Source: Halothiobacillus sp.
GTDB lineage: Bacteria; Pseudomonadota; Gammaproteobacteria; JAAZVP01
Reading direction: 5' to 3'
DNA length: 64,000 bases
Assembly (NCBI GenBank): GCA_018623495.1
Contig: JAAZVP010000003.1
Coordinates: forward strand, 3,466 to 67,465
In this document: positions 50,940-61,056 of the stretch, piece after piece
Position numbering within the stretch: position 1 is the first letter of the stretch
Layout of the letters: the number at the start of each line of letters is the position of its first letter
The notes under the pieces: generated by a model
The model's database searches: none
Told to the model about the DNA's origin: nothing
Seen by the model: the letters and a program-made list of their open reading frames with translations, nothing else
Program-made: the position numbers and the translations under genes

Positions 50940-52340
50940 ATGATGAACACCCCCCAGGGGCATTCCGGCCGGTCGACGCGCTGGTGGCTGCTGCTCGTCC
51001 TGCTGCTGGCCGGGTCGGCGATGGCCGAGGAGGCGGTCCACGAATACCGCCTGGACAACGGCATGAAGATCCTGGTCAAGCCGGATCACCGGGCGCCGGT
51101 GGTCACCAGCCAGGTCTGGTACCGGGTCGGCTCGAGCTATGAACACAACGGGATCACCGGTATCTCGCACGTGGTCGAGCACATGATGTTCAAGGGCACC
51201 GAGAAGCATCCCCCGGGCGCGTTCTCCGAGATCGTCGCCGCCAATGGGGGCGACGAGAACGCCTTCACCAGCCGCGACTACACGGCCTATTACGAGACCC
51301 TGGCCGCCGACCGGCTGGAGGTCGCCCTCGCGCTCGAGGCCGACCGCATGCACGCCCTGCTGATGGACGCCGAGCAGGCGGCCCGCGAGATCCGCGTGGT
51401 GCAGGAGGAGCGGCGCATGCGCACCGACGACGATCCGCAGGCGCTCACCCGCGAGCGCTTCCGGGCCAGCGCCTTTCTCAGCAGCCCCTACCGCTGGCCG
51501 ATCATCGGCTGGATGAGCGACCTGGAACGGCTCGACCGCGAGACCCTGGTGGACTGGTACGAGCGCTACTATGCCCCCGACAACGCCACGCTGGTGGTGG
51601 TGGGCGACGTCGAGCCCGCGCGCGTGCGCGAGCTCGCCGAGAAGCACTTCGGCCCGGTGCCGCCGAGCGGTATCGAGCACCGCCCGCCGCGCCGCGAGGT
51701 GGAGCAGAACGGCGAGCGGCGCATCACCGTCAAGGCACCCGCCGAGCTGCCCTACCTGATGATGGGCTACAAGGTGCCCTCGCTGATCACCGCCGGGGAC
51801 CCGGCCGATGCCTACGCCCTGGAGGTGCTCGCGGGCATCCTCGATGCCGGTGACAGTGCGCGTCTCAGCCGCGAGCTGGTGCGTGGCAGCCAAGTAGCCG
51901 CCGGGGCCTCGGCCGGCTACGGCCTGGTCAGCCGCCTGGGCACCCTGCTGACGCTCACCGCCACGCCGGCCGAGGGGGTCGATGTCGGGGAACTGGAGTC
52001 CGCGCTGCGCGACCAGGTCGAGCGCCTGCGCGAGCAGCCCGTGACCGCCGAGGAACTCGAGCGGGTCAAGGCCCAGGTGATGGCCGCCGACGTCTACGAG
52101 CGCGACTCCATCTTCTACCAGGCCATGGAGCTGGGCATCCTGGAGACCGTGGGCCTGGGGCACGATGCCCTGGACGACTACGTGGAACGGATCGAGGCGG
52201 TCACCGCCGAGCAGGTGCGCGACGTCGCCCGGCGCTACCTCGATGACGACCGGCTGACGGTCGCCATCCTCGATCCCCAGCCCATCGAAGGCGGGGCGTC
52301 CGCCCGGCCCGCCAAGAAAGGAGGTCACCATGTTCGCTAG
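50940..52340 (+). CDS. M16B zinc peptidase, catalytic subunit
   Basis: Signal-like N terminus; HxxEH (HVVEHMMFKGT), NAFTSRDYTAY, VVQEERRMR. Confidence 0.9.
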   Translation: MMNTPQGHSGRSTRWWLLLVLLLAGSAMAEEAVHEYRLDNGMKILVKPDHRAPVVTSQVWYRVGSSYEHNGITGISHVVEHMMFKGTEKHPPGAFSEIVAANGGDENAFTSRDYTAYYETLAADRLEVALALEADRMHALLMDAEQAAREIRVVQEERRMRTDDDPQALTRERFRASAFLSSPYRWPIIGWMSDLERLDRETLVDWYERYYAPDNATLVVVGDVEPARVRELAEKHFGPVPPSGIEHRPPRREVEQNGERRITVKAPAELPYLMMGYKVPSLITAGDPADAYALEVLAGILDAGDSARLSRELVRGSQVAAGASAGYGLVSRLGTLLTLTATPAEGVDVGELESALRDQVERLREQPVTAEELERVKAQVMAADVYERDSIFYQAMELGILETVGLGHDALDDYVERIEAVTAEQVRDVARRYLDDDRLTVAILDPQPIEGGASARPAKKGGHHVR

Positions 52341-53646
52341 AACCGTCTTCCTGCTGGCCTTCCTGCTGGCGCCGGTCGTTCAGGCGGCCCCGGCGATCGA
52401 GTCCTGGCAGACCGACAACGGGGCCCGGGTGCTGTTCGTCCACAGCGAAGCGCTGCCCATGGTGGACCTGCGGGTGGTCTTCGATGCCGGCGCGGCCCGG
52501 GACGGCGACCGCCCGGGGCTGGCCCGGCTCACCAACCGGCTGCTGGGCCAGGGTACCGAGGCCCGTTCGGCCGACGCCGTGGCCGCCGCCTTCGACCGCG
52601 TGGGGGCCCGCTTCTCCCACGGCTCGAAACGCGACATGGCCTATTTCTCCCTGCGGGCGCTGAGCATGCCCGAGCGCCTCGAGCCCGCGGTGGCCACCTT
52701 CGCCGAACTCCTGCGGGCCCCGGCCTTCGGCGAGCGGGCCTTCGAGCGCGAGCGGCGGCGGATGTTGCAAGCGGTCAAGGCCCGCGAGCAGGACCCCGGC
52801 AGCGTGGCCAGGCGGGTGTTCTACGACGCTGTCTACGGTGACCACCCCTACGCCACCCCGCCGGGCGGCACGGCGGCGTCGCTGGAGGCCATCGACCGCG
52901 GGGCCGTGCGCGCCTTCCACCGGCGCTTCTACGTGGGTGCCAACGCCACCGTGGCGATCATGGGCGACCTGTCCCGGGAGCGGGCCGAGGCGCTCGCCGA
53001 GACGGTGGTGGGCGAACTGCCCCGCGGCGAGGCCGCGCCGTCGCTGCCGGCGGTCGAGCCCCTGGAGGCGGCCCGCACGGTGCGCGTGGACTTCCCCTCG
53101 CGCCAGGCCCACATCCTCATGGGCCAGCCGGGCATGGCGCGGGGCGAGCCCGACTACCACGCGCTGTATCTCGCCAACCACGTGCTCGGCGGCTCGGGCT
53201 TCTCCTCGCGGCTGATGAGCGAGATCCGCGAGGCGCGCGGGCTGGCCTACAGCGTCTACAGCTACTTCGCCCCCATGGCCGCGCGCGGGCCATTCGTGAT
53301 GGGCATGCAGACCCAGGGCAGCCAGGCCGGGGAGGCGATCGAGCTGCTGCGCGACAACCTCGCGGCCTTCGTCGAGGACGGGCCCACCGCCGAGGAGGTG
53401 GAGCACGCGCAGAAAAACATCACCGGTGGCTTCCCGCTGCGCATCGATTCCAACCGCGAGATCGTCCAGTACCTGGCGATGATCGGCTTCTACGACCTGC
53501 CGCTGGACTACCTGGACCGCTTCAGCGGACAGGTGGCGGCGGTGGATGCCGCCGACGCCCGCGAGGCCTTCGCCGGGCGCATCGACCCCGGTCGCCTGGT
53601 GACGGTGGTCGTCGGCGGCGGGGCCGGGGCGGACGATGGCGCGTAA
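52330..53646 (+). CDS. M16B peptidase, non-catalytic partner subunit
   Basis: M16 motifs without HxxEH; SSRLMSEIREARGLAYSVYS (R/Y pair). Confidence 0.88.
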   Translation: MFARTVFLLAFLLAPVVQAAPAIESWQTDNGARVLFVHSEALPMVDLRVVFDAGAARDGDRPGLARLTNRLLGQGTEARSADAVAAAFDRVGARFSHGSKRDMAYFSLRALSMPERLEPAVATFAELLRAPAFGERAFERERRRMLQAVKAREQDPGSVARRVFYDAVYGDHPYATPPGGTAASLEAIDRGAVRAFHRRFYVGANATVAIMGDLSRERAEALAETVVGELPRGEAAPSLPAVEPLEAARTVRVDFPSRQAHILMGQPGMARGEPDYHALYLANHVLGGSGFSSRLMSEIREARGLAYSVYSYFAPMAARGPFVMGMQTQGSQAGEAIELLRDNLAAFVEDGPTAEEVEHAQKNITGGFPLRIDSNREIVQYLAMIGFYDLPLDYLDRFSGQVAAVDAADAREAFAGRIDPGRLVTVVVGGGAGADDGA

Positions 53647-54211
53647 GGGCGGGCTCAGGCTGATCGCCGGCCGCTGGGGTGGAAGGCGCCTGCCGGTGGC
53701 CGACCGACCCGGCCTGCGGCCCACCCCGGACCGCGTCCGCGAGACCCTGTTCAACTGGCTCCAGGGCCGGGTTCCCGGGGCGCGCTGCCTGGACCTGTTC
53801 GCCGGCAGTGGCGCGCTGGGGCTGGAGGCGGCCTCGCGGGGCGCGGCGCGGGTCGAGCTGGTGGAGCGCGACGGCCGCGCGGCGCGGGCGCTGACGGCGC
53901 GCGCCGCCGAGCTCGACCCGGCGGTGATCCGCGTCCACCGGGGGGACGTGGCCCGTTTCCTGGCGGGTGCACCGGAGGCGCCCTTCGACCTGGTGTTCGT
54001 CGACCCGCCCTACGCCGGCCGGCGCGTGTCGGCGGTGCTCGAGGCCCTCGGTCGCGGCGGCTGGCTGGCGCCGGGGGCGCGCGTCTACGTCGAGTTCGAC
54101 GCCCACGGGCCGGCCCCGTCCCTGCCCGGCGGCTGGGCGGTGATCCGCGAGGGCCGGGCGGGGGATGCCGCCTTCGCCCTGGTCGGGCCGGGGGAGGGCT
54201 TGGATGAGTGA
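53636..54211 (+). CDS. rsmD: 16S rRNA m2G966 methyltransferase
   Basis: LRPTPDRVRETLFNWL, LDLFAGSGALGLEAASRG, DPPY. Confidence 0.96.
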   Translation: MARKGGLRLIAGRWGGRRLPVADRPGLRPTPDRVRETLFNWLQGRVPGARCLDLFAGSGALGLEAASRGAARVELVERDGRAARALTARAAELDPAVIRVHRGDVARFLAGAPEAPFDLVFVDPPYAGRRVSAVLEALGRGGWLAPGARVYVEFDAHGPAPSLPGGWAVIREGRAGDAAFALVGPGEGLDE

Positions 54212-54689
54212 CCGCATCGGCGATCTCGATCGGGCAGGGCTGCTGGCCCTGTTGCGCGACTACGACGCCTACATCCGGGCCGCCAATGCCGACGATCGCT
54301 ACCGCGACGGCTGGCGGCCGCTGGACGTGGCCGGCTTCTTCGCCGCGTACCGGCAGGCCCCGGGAGCCGGGTCCAGCGACGAACCCGGGGCGGCGCCGGT
54401 CGAGGCGGCCGCCGGGCCGGCCTCGCTCGCCGGCGAGCGCATCCGCACCGACGGTGCCCGGTTCCGCGCGTTCTTCCAGGACGAGGCCACCTGGGCCGGG
54501 GACGCCCTGATCGTCAATCTCGACCTGCGCATCAACGGCCTGGAGCTCGACCCGATCAAGCCCGACACCCTGCAGATCGCCGAGCTGGGGGCCCACGACG
54601 AGGTGGTGATCATCGACGGGCTGGTGGAGCAGGGTGACCGCCTGGTGAGCCTGCAGGAGGCCTTCGTCGGCTGGCTGGCCGGCCGCTGA
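54204..54689 (+). CDS. Hypothetical protein between rsmD and coaD
   Basis: ATG overlaps the rsmD stop, GGAGG upstream, typical codon usage; no family recognised. Confidence 0.7.
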   Translation: MSDRIGDLDRAGLLALLRDYDAYIRAANADDRYRDGWRPLDVAGFFAAYRQAPGAGSSDEPGAAPVEAAAGPASLAGERIRTDGARFRAFFQDEATWAGDALIVNLDLRINGLELDPIKPDTLQIAELGAHDEVVIIDGLVEQGDRLVSLQEAFVGWLAGR

Positions 54690-54730
54690 ACGGCTATGCT
54701 CTTCGCGCCCCGCCCACCCCAGGAGCCGCA

Positions 54731-55210
54731 ATGAGCGTCACCGCCGTCTATCCCGGCACCTTCGATCCCATCACCCACGGTCACCGCGACCTGGTGGAGC
54801 GGGCCACGCGGTTGTTCGGGCGGGTGATCCTGGGCGTGGCCGAGGACTCCGGCAAGACCCCGGTGTTCGACCTCGACGAGCGCGTGGCGATGGCCCGCCG
54901 GGCGCTGGCGGGCATCGAGGGGGTGGAGGTGAAGCCCTTCGGCGGCCTGCTGGTGGACTTTGCCCGGCAGATCGACGCCCAGGTGATCATCCGCGGGCTG
55001 CGCGCGGTGTCGGACTTCGAATACGAGGTCCAGCTGGCGGGCATGAACCGCCAGCTGGCCCCGGGGGTGGAAACGATCTTTCTCACCCCGGCCGAGCGTT
55101 TCGGCTTTGTCTCCTCCAGCCTGGTGCGCGAAATCGCCCGTCTCGGCGGCGACGTCTCCGGGTTCGTCGACCCCGCCGTGATGGCTGAACTGGAACGCAA
55201 ACTCCGGTAG
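54731..55210 (+). CDS. coaD: Phosphopantetheine adenylyltransferase
   Basis: [33 protein letters not shown]. Confidence 0.98.
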   Translation: MSVTAVYPGTFDPITHGHRDLVERATRLFGRVILGVAEDSGKTPVFDLDERVAMARRALAGIEGVEVKPFGGLLVDFARQIDAQVIIRGLRAVSDFEYEVQLAGMNRQLAPGVETIFLTPAERFGFVSSSLVREIARLGGDVSGFVDPAVMAELERKLR

Positions 55211-55525
<315 letters not shown>

Positions 55526-55631
55526 TGGCCTTCCGCGAGGCCCCGGACCCGGGGCCTCGCTGCCTTGCGCCGCCGGGGGCCGCCCCCGGGCGCCCGCACC
55601 CCGGCGCCACCCGCGCCGCCACCTTCCCTCG

Positions 55632-57341
55632 ATGCGCCTGACGATACTCGCCCTGGTCCTGCTCGGGCTGGCGTTCGCCGGAGCCCCGTGGGCGGCCGAG
55701 GGCGAGCGGGGGATCGCCAGCGCCCACCCGGCGGCCACCGATGCCGGCATGGCGGTCCTCGACGCCGGGGGCAACGCCTTCGACGCCGCCGTGGCGGTGT
55801 CCGCGGCCCTGGCGGTGGTGGAGCCCTACAGCTCGGGCATCGGCGGGGGTGGCTTCTGGCTGCTCCACCAGGCCGAGGGCGACCGCCAAGTGATGGTCGA
55901 CGGCCGGGAGACCGCCCCCGGGCGAGCCAGCCGGACGATGTACCAGGACGCCGAGGGCGAGGTGATCCCCTCGGCCTCCATCGACGGCCCCCTGGCCGCC
56001 GGCATCCCCGGGATGCCCGCCGCCCTCGTCCACATCGCCGAGCGCTACGGTCGGCTGCCCCTGGAGCGCTCCCTGGCGCCGGCCATCCGGCTGGCCCGCG
56101 AGGGCTTCTCGGTGGACGCCCGCTACCGGCGCCTGGCCCGCTTTCGGCTCGAGGCCCTGCGGGCCTCGCCGGCGGCCGCGCGGGTCTTTCTCGACGACGG
56201 TGCGGTGCCCGAACCGGGCCACCGCATCCGCCAGCCGGCCCTGGCCCGGACCCTGGAGCGGCTGGCGCGCGAGGGCCGCGAGGGGTTCTACGCCGGCCCG
56301 GTGGCCGAAGCCCTGGTCGACGGGGTGCGCGAGGCCGGCGGCATCTGGGAACCGGCGGACCTGGCCGGCTACCGCGTGCTCGAGCGCGAGCCCATCCGCT
56401 TCGACTACCGCGGCATGGAGGTGGCTGCCGCCTCGCCACCGTCCTCCGGCGGCATCGCCCTGGCCGAGATGTTCCACATCCTCGAGGTCTTCGATCTCGA
56501 CGAGCTCGGCCGGGTCGACCGGGCCCACCTGGCGATCGAGGCGATGCGCCGGGCCTACCGCGACCGGGCCGAGCACCTGGGCGACCCGGATTTCCACCCG
56601 GTGCCGGTCGGGCGGCTCACCGACCCGGACTACGCCGCCGGCCTGGCCGCCTCCATCCGCCTGGATCGCGCCACCCCCTCCGCCAGCCTGCCGGGGGTCA
56701 CCGGCGCGCCGGGCGGCCGCGACACCACCCACTTCTCGGTCATCGATGCCGACGGCAACCGGGTGGCGGCGACCCTCTCGGTCAATTACCCCTTCGGCTC
56801 GGGCTTCGTCGCGCCCGGCACCGGTGTGCTGCTCAACGACGAGATGGACGATTTCTCCGCCAAGCCCGGCGTGCCCAACGTCTACGGCCTGGTTGGCGGC
56901 GAGGCCAACGCCATCGAGCCGGGCAAGCGGATGCTTTCCAGCATGACGCCGGCCTTCCTGGAGAAGGACGGGCGGGTGGCGGCCATCGGCACGCCGGGTG
57001 GCTCGCGCATCATCACCATGGTCTTTCTCGGTGCCCGGGCGTTCTTCGAGGGTGCCGGCGCGCAGGCCATCGTCGAACGGCCGCGCTTCCACCACCAGTT
57101 CCGCCCCGACCGCGTGGAGGTGGAGCCCGGGGCGCTGGACGGCCTGCGCGACGCGCTGAGCCTGCGGGGACACCGGGTCGAGGAGCATGAGCGGCCCTGG
57201 GGCAACATGCAGGTGGTGCTCGATGGACCCGGCGGGATGGAGGCGGCGGCCGACCCCCGCGGCATCGGCAGCGCCCGGGTCGAGGCGGCCCCGGCCGCTG
57301 CCGTCGCCAACGCGGCCGACGGTGGCCGGACGGCGCCCTGA
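55632..57341 (+). CDS. ggt: Gamma-glutamyltransferase
   Basis: Signal peptide, GGNAFDAAVA, SGIGGGGF, RETAP, TTHFSVID, PGKRMLSSMTP, GTPGGSRI. Confidence 0.95.
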   Translation: MRLTILALVLLGLAFAGAPWAAEGERGIASAHPAATDAGMAVLDAGGNAFDAAVAVSAALAVVEPYSSGIGGGGFWLLHQAEGDRQVMVDGRETAPGRASRTMYQDAEGEVIPSASIDGPLAAGIPGMPAALVHIAERYGRLPLERSLAPAIRLAREGFSVDARYRRLARFRLEALRASPAAARVFLDDGAVPEPGHRIRQPALARTLERLAREGREGFYAGPVAEALVDGVREAGGIWEPADLAGYRVLEREPIRFDYRGMEVAAASPPSSGGIALAEMFHILEVFDLDELGRVDRAHLAIEAMRRAYRDRAEHLGDPDFHPVPVGRLTDPDYAAGLAASIRLDRATPSASLPGVTGAPGGRDTTHFSVIDADGNRVAATLSVNYPFGSGFVAPGTGVLLNDEMDDFSAKPGVPNVYGLVGGEANAIEPGKRMLSSMTPAFLEKDGRVAAIGTPGGSRIITMVFLGARAFFEGAGAQAIVERPRFHHQFRPDRVEVEPGALDGLRDALSLRGHRVEEHERPWGNMQVVLDGPGGMEAAADPRGIGSARVEAAPAAAVANAADGGRTAP

Positions 57342-57370
57342 GGCGATTTTCCGGCAGCCCCGAGCGGCTG

Positions 57371-57379
57371 TGTTATAAT
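57371..57379 (+). promoter_or_regulatory. Extended -10 promoter of ectABC
   Basis: Perfect TG-T-TATAAT about 30 bp upstream of the ectA ATG. Confidence 0.7.
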
Positions 57380-57410
57380 TCATCGCTGTCCCAAACAGAT
57401 AGGGCAACGC

Positions 57411-57914
57411 ATGTCATCAGACAATGCGGACGCGGATATCCATTTGCGTCCACCACGCCTTGAAGATGGCAAGGCGGTTCACGAGCTCATTCGTGACAAC
57501 CCCCCGCTGGATCTCAATTCCGTTTACAGCTATTTCCTGCTCTGCAGTCACTTCGCCGGTACCTGCGCGGTGGCCGAGGTGGATGGTCGCGTGACCGGTT
57601 TCCTCTCGGCCTACCGCGAGCCCGAGTCCCCCGACCGCCTGTTCGTCTGGCAGGTGGTGGTCGACCCCTCGATGCGGGGCCACGGCCTGGCCGGGCGCCT
57701 GCTGCAGGCCGTCCTCGAGCGCGACGCCCTGGGCGACGTGCGCTTTCTCGAGGCCACCGTCAATCCCTCCAACACGGCCTCGGCACGTTTCCTGGAAAAG
57801 ACGGCGGAGCGCCTCGGTGCCGACCTCGAGAAGTCCGTTTTCCTGTCCAGGGAGGACTTCGGCGGCGAGGAGCACGAGGAGGAAATCCTCTTTCGCATCG
57901 GTCCACTCTCATAA
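57411..57914 (+). CDS. ectA: L-2,4-diaminobutyrate acetyltransferase
   Basis: PPLDLNSVYSY, LFVWQV, RGHGLA, HEEEILFRIGP. Confidence 0.95.
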   Translation: MSSDNADADIHLRPPRLEDGKAVHELIRDNPPLDLNSVYSYFLLCSHFAGTCAVAEVDGRVTGFLSAYREPESPDRLFVWQVVVDPSMRGHGLAGRLLQAVLERDALGDVRFLEATVNPSNTASARFLEKTAERLGADLEKSVFLSREDFGGEEHEEEILFRIGPLS

Positions 57915-57935
57915 AAATCACGGGATAAATCGGTC

Positions 57936-59195
57936 ATGAAGACTTTCGACAAGCACGAATCCGAAGTCCGGGGTTACGTTCGCTCGTTCCCGGAGGTTTT
58001 CGATCGTTCCAAGGGCTCGCTGATCTTCGACGAGGAAGGCAACCGCTTCATCGACTTCTTCGGCGGTGCCGGGGCGTTGAACTACGGTCACAACGATGAC
58101 GCGATCAACGAGGCCCTGATCGAATACATCAAGCACGAAGGGATCCAGCACGGCCTGGACAAGGCCACCGTGGCCAAGCGCGACTTCATCGACACCCTCT
58201 ACAAGAACGTCATGGAGCCGCGCGGGCTGGGCGACTACAAGATCCAGTTCACCGGCCCCACCGGCACCAACGCGGTGGAAGCGGCGCTCAAGGTGGCGCG
58301 CAAGGCCAAGAACCGCTCCAACGTGATCTCGTTCACCAACGGCTTCCACGGTCTGTCCATGGGGTCGCTGTCGATCACGGCCAACAGCGTCTACCACGAC
58401 CCGGCCTACCCGCAGTTCAGCAACGTCACCCAGGCGCCTTTCGACCAGTACCTGGGCGAGGACTACGACACCATCGACTACCTGCGTCGCCTGCTCGAGG
58501 ACAAGAGCTCGGGCATGCAGCTGCCGGCGGCGGTGATCCTGGAGACCATCCAGGCCGAGGGCGGCATCAACGTCGCCAGCGAGGAGTGGCTGCGCAGCCT
58601 GCGCAAGCTCTGCGACGACTTCGACATCCTGATGATCGTCGACGACATCCAGGTGGGCAACGGCCGTACCGGCCCGTTCTTCTCCTTCGAGCGCGCCGGC
58701 ATCAAGCCCGACATCATCACCCTGTCCAAGTCCATCGGCGCCGGCCAGCCCATGGCCGTGGTACTGCTCAAGCCGGAGGTGGACGTCTGGGAGCCGGGCG
58801 AGCATACCGGCACCTTCCGCGGCAACAACCTGGCCTTCGTCGCTTCCCGGACCGCGCTCAAGCGCTGGGAGGACGATGCCTTCCAGAAGTCCGTGGAGGC
58901 CAAGGGCGAGTACATCGCCGAGCGTTTCCAGAAGCTCGCCGAGAAGTACTCCGACCTGAACGCCGAGGCCCGCGGCCTGGGCATGATCCAGGGCCTGGAG
59001 ATCCCCGTCGACGGCTTCGCCGACAAGGTCTCCGAGGAGGCCTTCAAGAACGGCCTGATCATCGAGCTGGCCGGCGCCGAGGACCACGTGATCAAGTTCC
59101 TCGGCCCGCTGGTGATCGAGCAGGAGATCCTCGAGGAAGGCCTCGACATCCTGGAAAAGGCCATCGACACCGTCTACCAGCAGCACAAGGGCTGA
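57936..59195 (+). CDS. ectB: Diaminobutyrate-2-oxoglutarate transaminase
   Basis: ESEVRGYVRSFP, GALNYGHN, GPTGTNAVEAALK, WEPGEHTGTFRGNN. Confidence 0.96.
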   Translation: MKTFDKHESEVRGYVRSFPEVFDRSKGSLIFDEEGNRFIDFFGGAGALNYGHNDDAINEALIEYIKHEGIQHGLDKATVAKRDFIDTLYKNVMEPRGLGDYKIQFTGPTGTNAVEAALKVARKAKNRSNVISFTNGFHGLSMGSLSITANSVYHDPAYPQFSNVTQAPFDQYLGEDYDTIDYLRRLLEDKSSGMQLPAAVILETIQAEGGINVASEEWLRSLRKLCDDFDILMIVDDIQVGNGRTGPFFSFERAGIKPDIITLSKSIGAGQPMAVVLLKPEVDVWEPGEHTGTFRGNNLAFVASRTALKRWEDDAFQKSVEAKGEYIAERFQKLAEKYSDLNAEARGLGMIQGLEIPVDGFADKVSEEAFKNGLIIELAGAEDHVIKFLGPLVIEQEILEEGLDILEKAIDTVYQQHKG

Positions 59196-59222
59196 TTCCG
59201 CGCCCCTGCGCTGGAGGTTTCG

Positions 59223-59250
59223 CGGCCGGCGTCAGCCGGCCGTTTTCGTT
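59223..59250 (+). terminator. Terminator-like hairpin between ectB and ectC
   Basis: CGGCCGGC-GTCA-GCCGGCCG followed by TTTTCGTT. Confidence 0.5.
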
Positions 59251-59273
59251 CCGGTCAAAGAGGAGAATCGGGA

Positions 59274-59663
59274 ATGATCGTACGCCACCTCAACGACATC
59301 ATCGGCTCGCAGTCCGACGTCAAGGGCGAGGGCTGGAACAGCCGCCGGCTGCTGCTCAAGCAGGACGGCATGGGCTACACCGTCGCCGACACCATCATCA
59401 GCGAGGGTGCCGAGCTGCACCTGTGGTACAAGAACCACCTCGAGGCGGTCTACTGCATCGAGGGCAGCGGCCAGATCAAGGACCTGGCCACCGACGAGGT
59501 CCACGAGATCGAAGTGGGCACCATCTACGCCCTCGACCAGCACGACCGCCACATCCTGATGGCCAACAAGGGCGAGCACATGCGCATGGTCTGCGTGTTC
59601 AACCCGCCGCTCACCGGTCGCGAGACCCACGACGAGGACGGTTCCTACAACCTGTCCGAGTAA
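59274..59663 (+). CDS. ectC: L-ectoine synthase
   Basis: MIVR, WNSRRLLL, WYKNHLEAVYCIEG, YALDQHDRH, CVFNPPLTGRETHDEDGSY. Confidence 0.96.
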   Translation: MIVRHLNDIIGSQSDVKGEGWNSRRLLLKQDGMGYTVADTIISEGAELHLWYKNHLEAVYCIEGSGQIKDLATDEVHEIEVGTIYALDQHDRHILMANKGEHMRMVCVFNPPLTGRETHDEDGSYNLSE

Positions 59664-59676
59664 GCCGGCGCCGGGG

Positions 59677-60105
59677 TCATTCCCCCCGCCCGAAGTAGGC
59701 CCGCACCAGCGCCTGTGCGTGTTCGGCGAGGATCCGCACGTGCAGGGGCTCGTAGCTGGCGTAGTCCGACAGGTTGCAGCCCTCGGTGACGTCGCCCTCG
59801 GGGCTGAAGTCGAGACGATGGACCGGGACATGCCTCTCCCCGGCCGGCAGCGGCTGCACTGCCCCGTATTCCAGCCAGCCGTTCTCCAGGTCGTGGCCGA
59901 AGGCCACGTAGACCACCGCACCGAAGAACGAGAAGCGCAGCTCGTTGTCCCCGCCGCCCTTGTGGAGGATCCGGTACTCGTGGAGGCTCGCGTAGTCGAT
60001 CGAGGCCACGATGCAGCTCTTGGCGTGCTGCCACTGGCGGGCGAGCTTCTGGTAGGTGTCGCTGTGGGTCTCCAGCTTGTCCAGGCCGGGCATGGTTTCG
60101 CTCAT
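59677..60105 (-). CDS. Hypothetical protein, possibly distant HycA-like
   Basis: GAGGAGG RBS before ATG at 60105; typical codon usage; resemblance to HycA judged from memory only. Confidence 0.7.
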   Translation of the reverse strand: MSETMPGLDKLETHSDTYQKLARQWQHAKSCIVASIDYASLHEYRILHKGGGDNELRFSFFGAVVYVAFGHDLENGWLEYGAVQPLPAGERHVPVHRLDFSPEGDVTEGCNLSDYASYEPLHVRILAEHAQALVRAYFGRGE

Positions 60106-60166
60106 GGATCGCCTCCTCGGGCCGGTTGGAACATCCATTCCAATCATAGTCCAGCGGGGCGGGATT

Positions 60167-60982
60167 TCAGCGCTGGCAGCGGGGGCAGTAGTAGCTGGAT
60201 CGCTGGCCGATGAGGGCCTGGCGGATCGTCGCCGTGCAGCGCGGGCAGGGTTCGCCGCCCCTTTCGTAGACCTCGAGGCGCTGGCGGAAGTAGCCCGGCT
60301 GCCCGTCCTCGCGGAGGAAGTCGCGCAGGGTGGTGCCGCCCTGTTCGATGGCCGCCGCCAGGACCGCCCGGATGGCCTCGACCAGCGCCTCCATCCGCCG
60401 GGCGCTGATCCGCCCGGCGGCCCGGCGGGGGTGGATGCCGGCGCGAAAGAGCGCCTCGTTGGCGTAGATGTTGCCCACGCCCACCACGATGCGGTTGTTC
60501 ATGATGAACGGCTTGATCGCCTGGCGCCTCCCCCGGCCGACCCGCCGGAGGTAGGCGCCGTCGAAGCCCTCGCCCAGCGGCTCGGGGCCGAGCGGGGCGA
60601 GCAGGGGGTGCTCGGCCGGCGGTTCGCGGGTCCATAGGGCCGCGCCGAAGCGGCGGGGATCGTGCAGGCGCAGGCAGCGGCCCGAGTCCAGGCGGATCTC
60701 GAGGTGGTCGTGGCGCCGGCGGGGCGTTTCCGGGTCGCTCACGCGCAGGCTGCCGGACATGCCCAGGTGCAGGATCAGCGTCCCGCCGGCCGTCTCCAGC
60801 AGAAGGTACTTGGCCCGCCGGCGGACGGCCTCGATCCGCTGCCCGGCGAGCGCCCCCGCCAGCTCCGCGGGCACCGGCCAGCGCAGGCGCGGATCGAAGA
60901 CACGCACCGCCTCCACCCGCCGCCCCTCGAGGCTGGGGGCGATGCCGCGGCGGGTGGTCTCGACTTCGGGGAGCTCGGGCAT
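60167..60982 (-). CDS. mutM: Formamidopyrimidine-DNA glycosylase
   Basis: [29 protein letters not shown], zinc finger CPRC...CPRCQ. Confidence 0.98.
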   Translation of the reverse strand: MPELPEVETTRRGIAPSLEGRRVEAVRVFDPRLRWPVPAELAGALAGQRIEAVRRRAKYLLLETAGGTLILHLGMSGSLRVSDPETPRRRHDHLEIRLDSGRCLRLHDPRRFGAALWTREPPAEHPLLAPLGPEPLGEGFDGAYLRRVGRGRRQAIKPFIMNNRIVVGVGNIYANEALFRAGIHPRRAAGRISARRMEALVEAIRAVLAAAIEQGGTTLRDFLREDGQPGYFRQRLEVYERGGEPCPRCTATIRQALIGQRSSYYCPRCQR

Positions 60983-61056
60983 GGGACGGGGTCGGGAATG
61001 GGCGGGCATGCGAGAATAACGCGCCTGCCCGATGGATGCACGGTGGAGGAAAAGCG

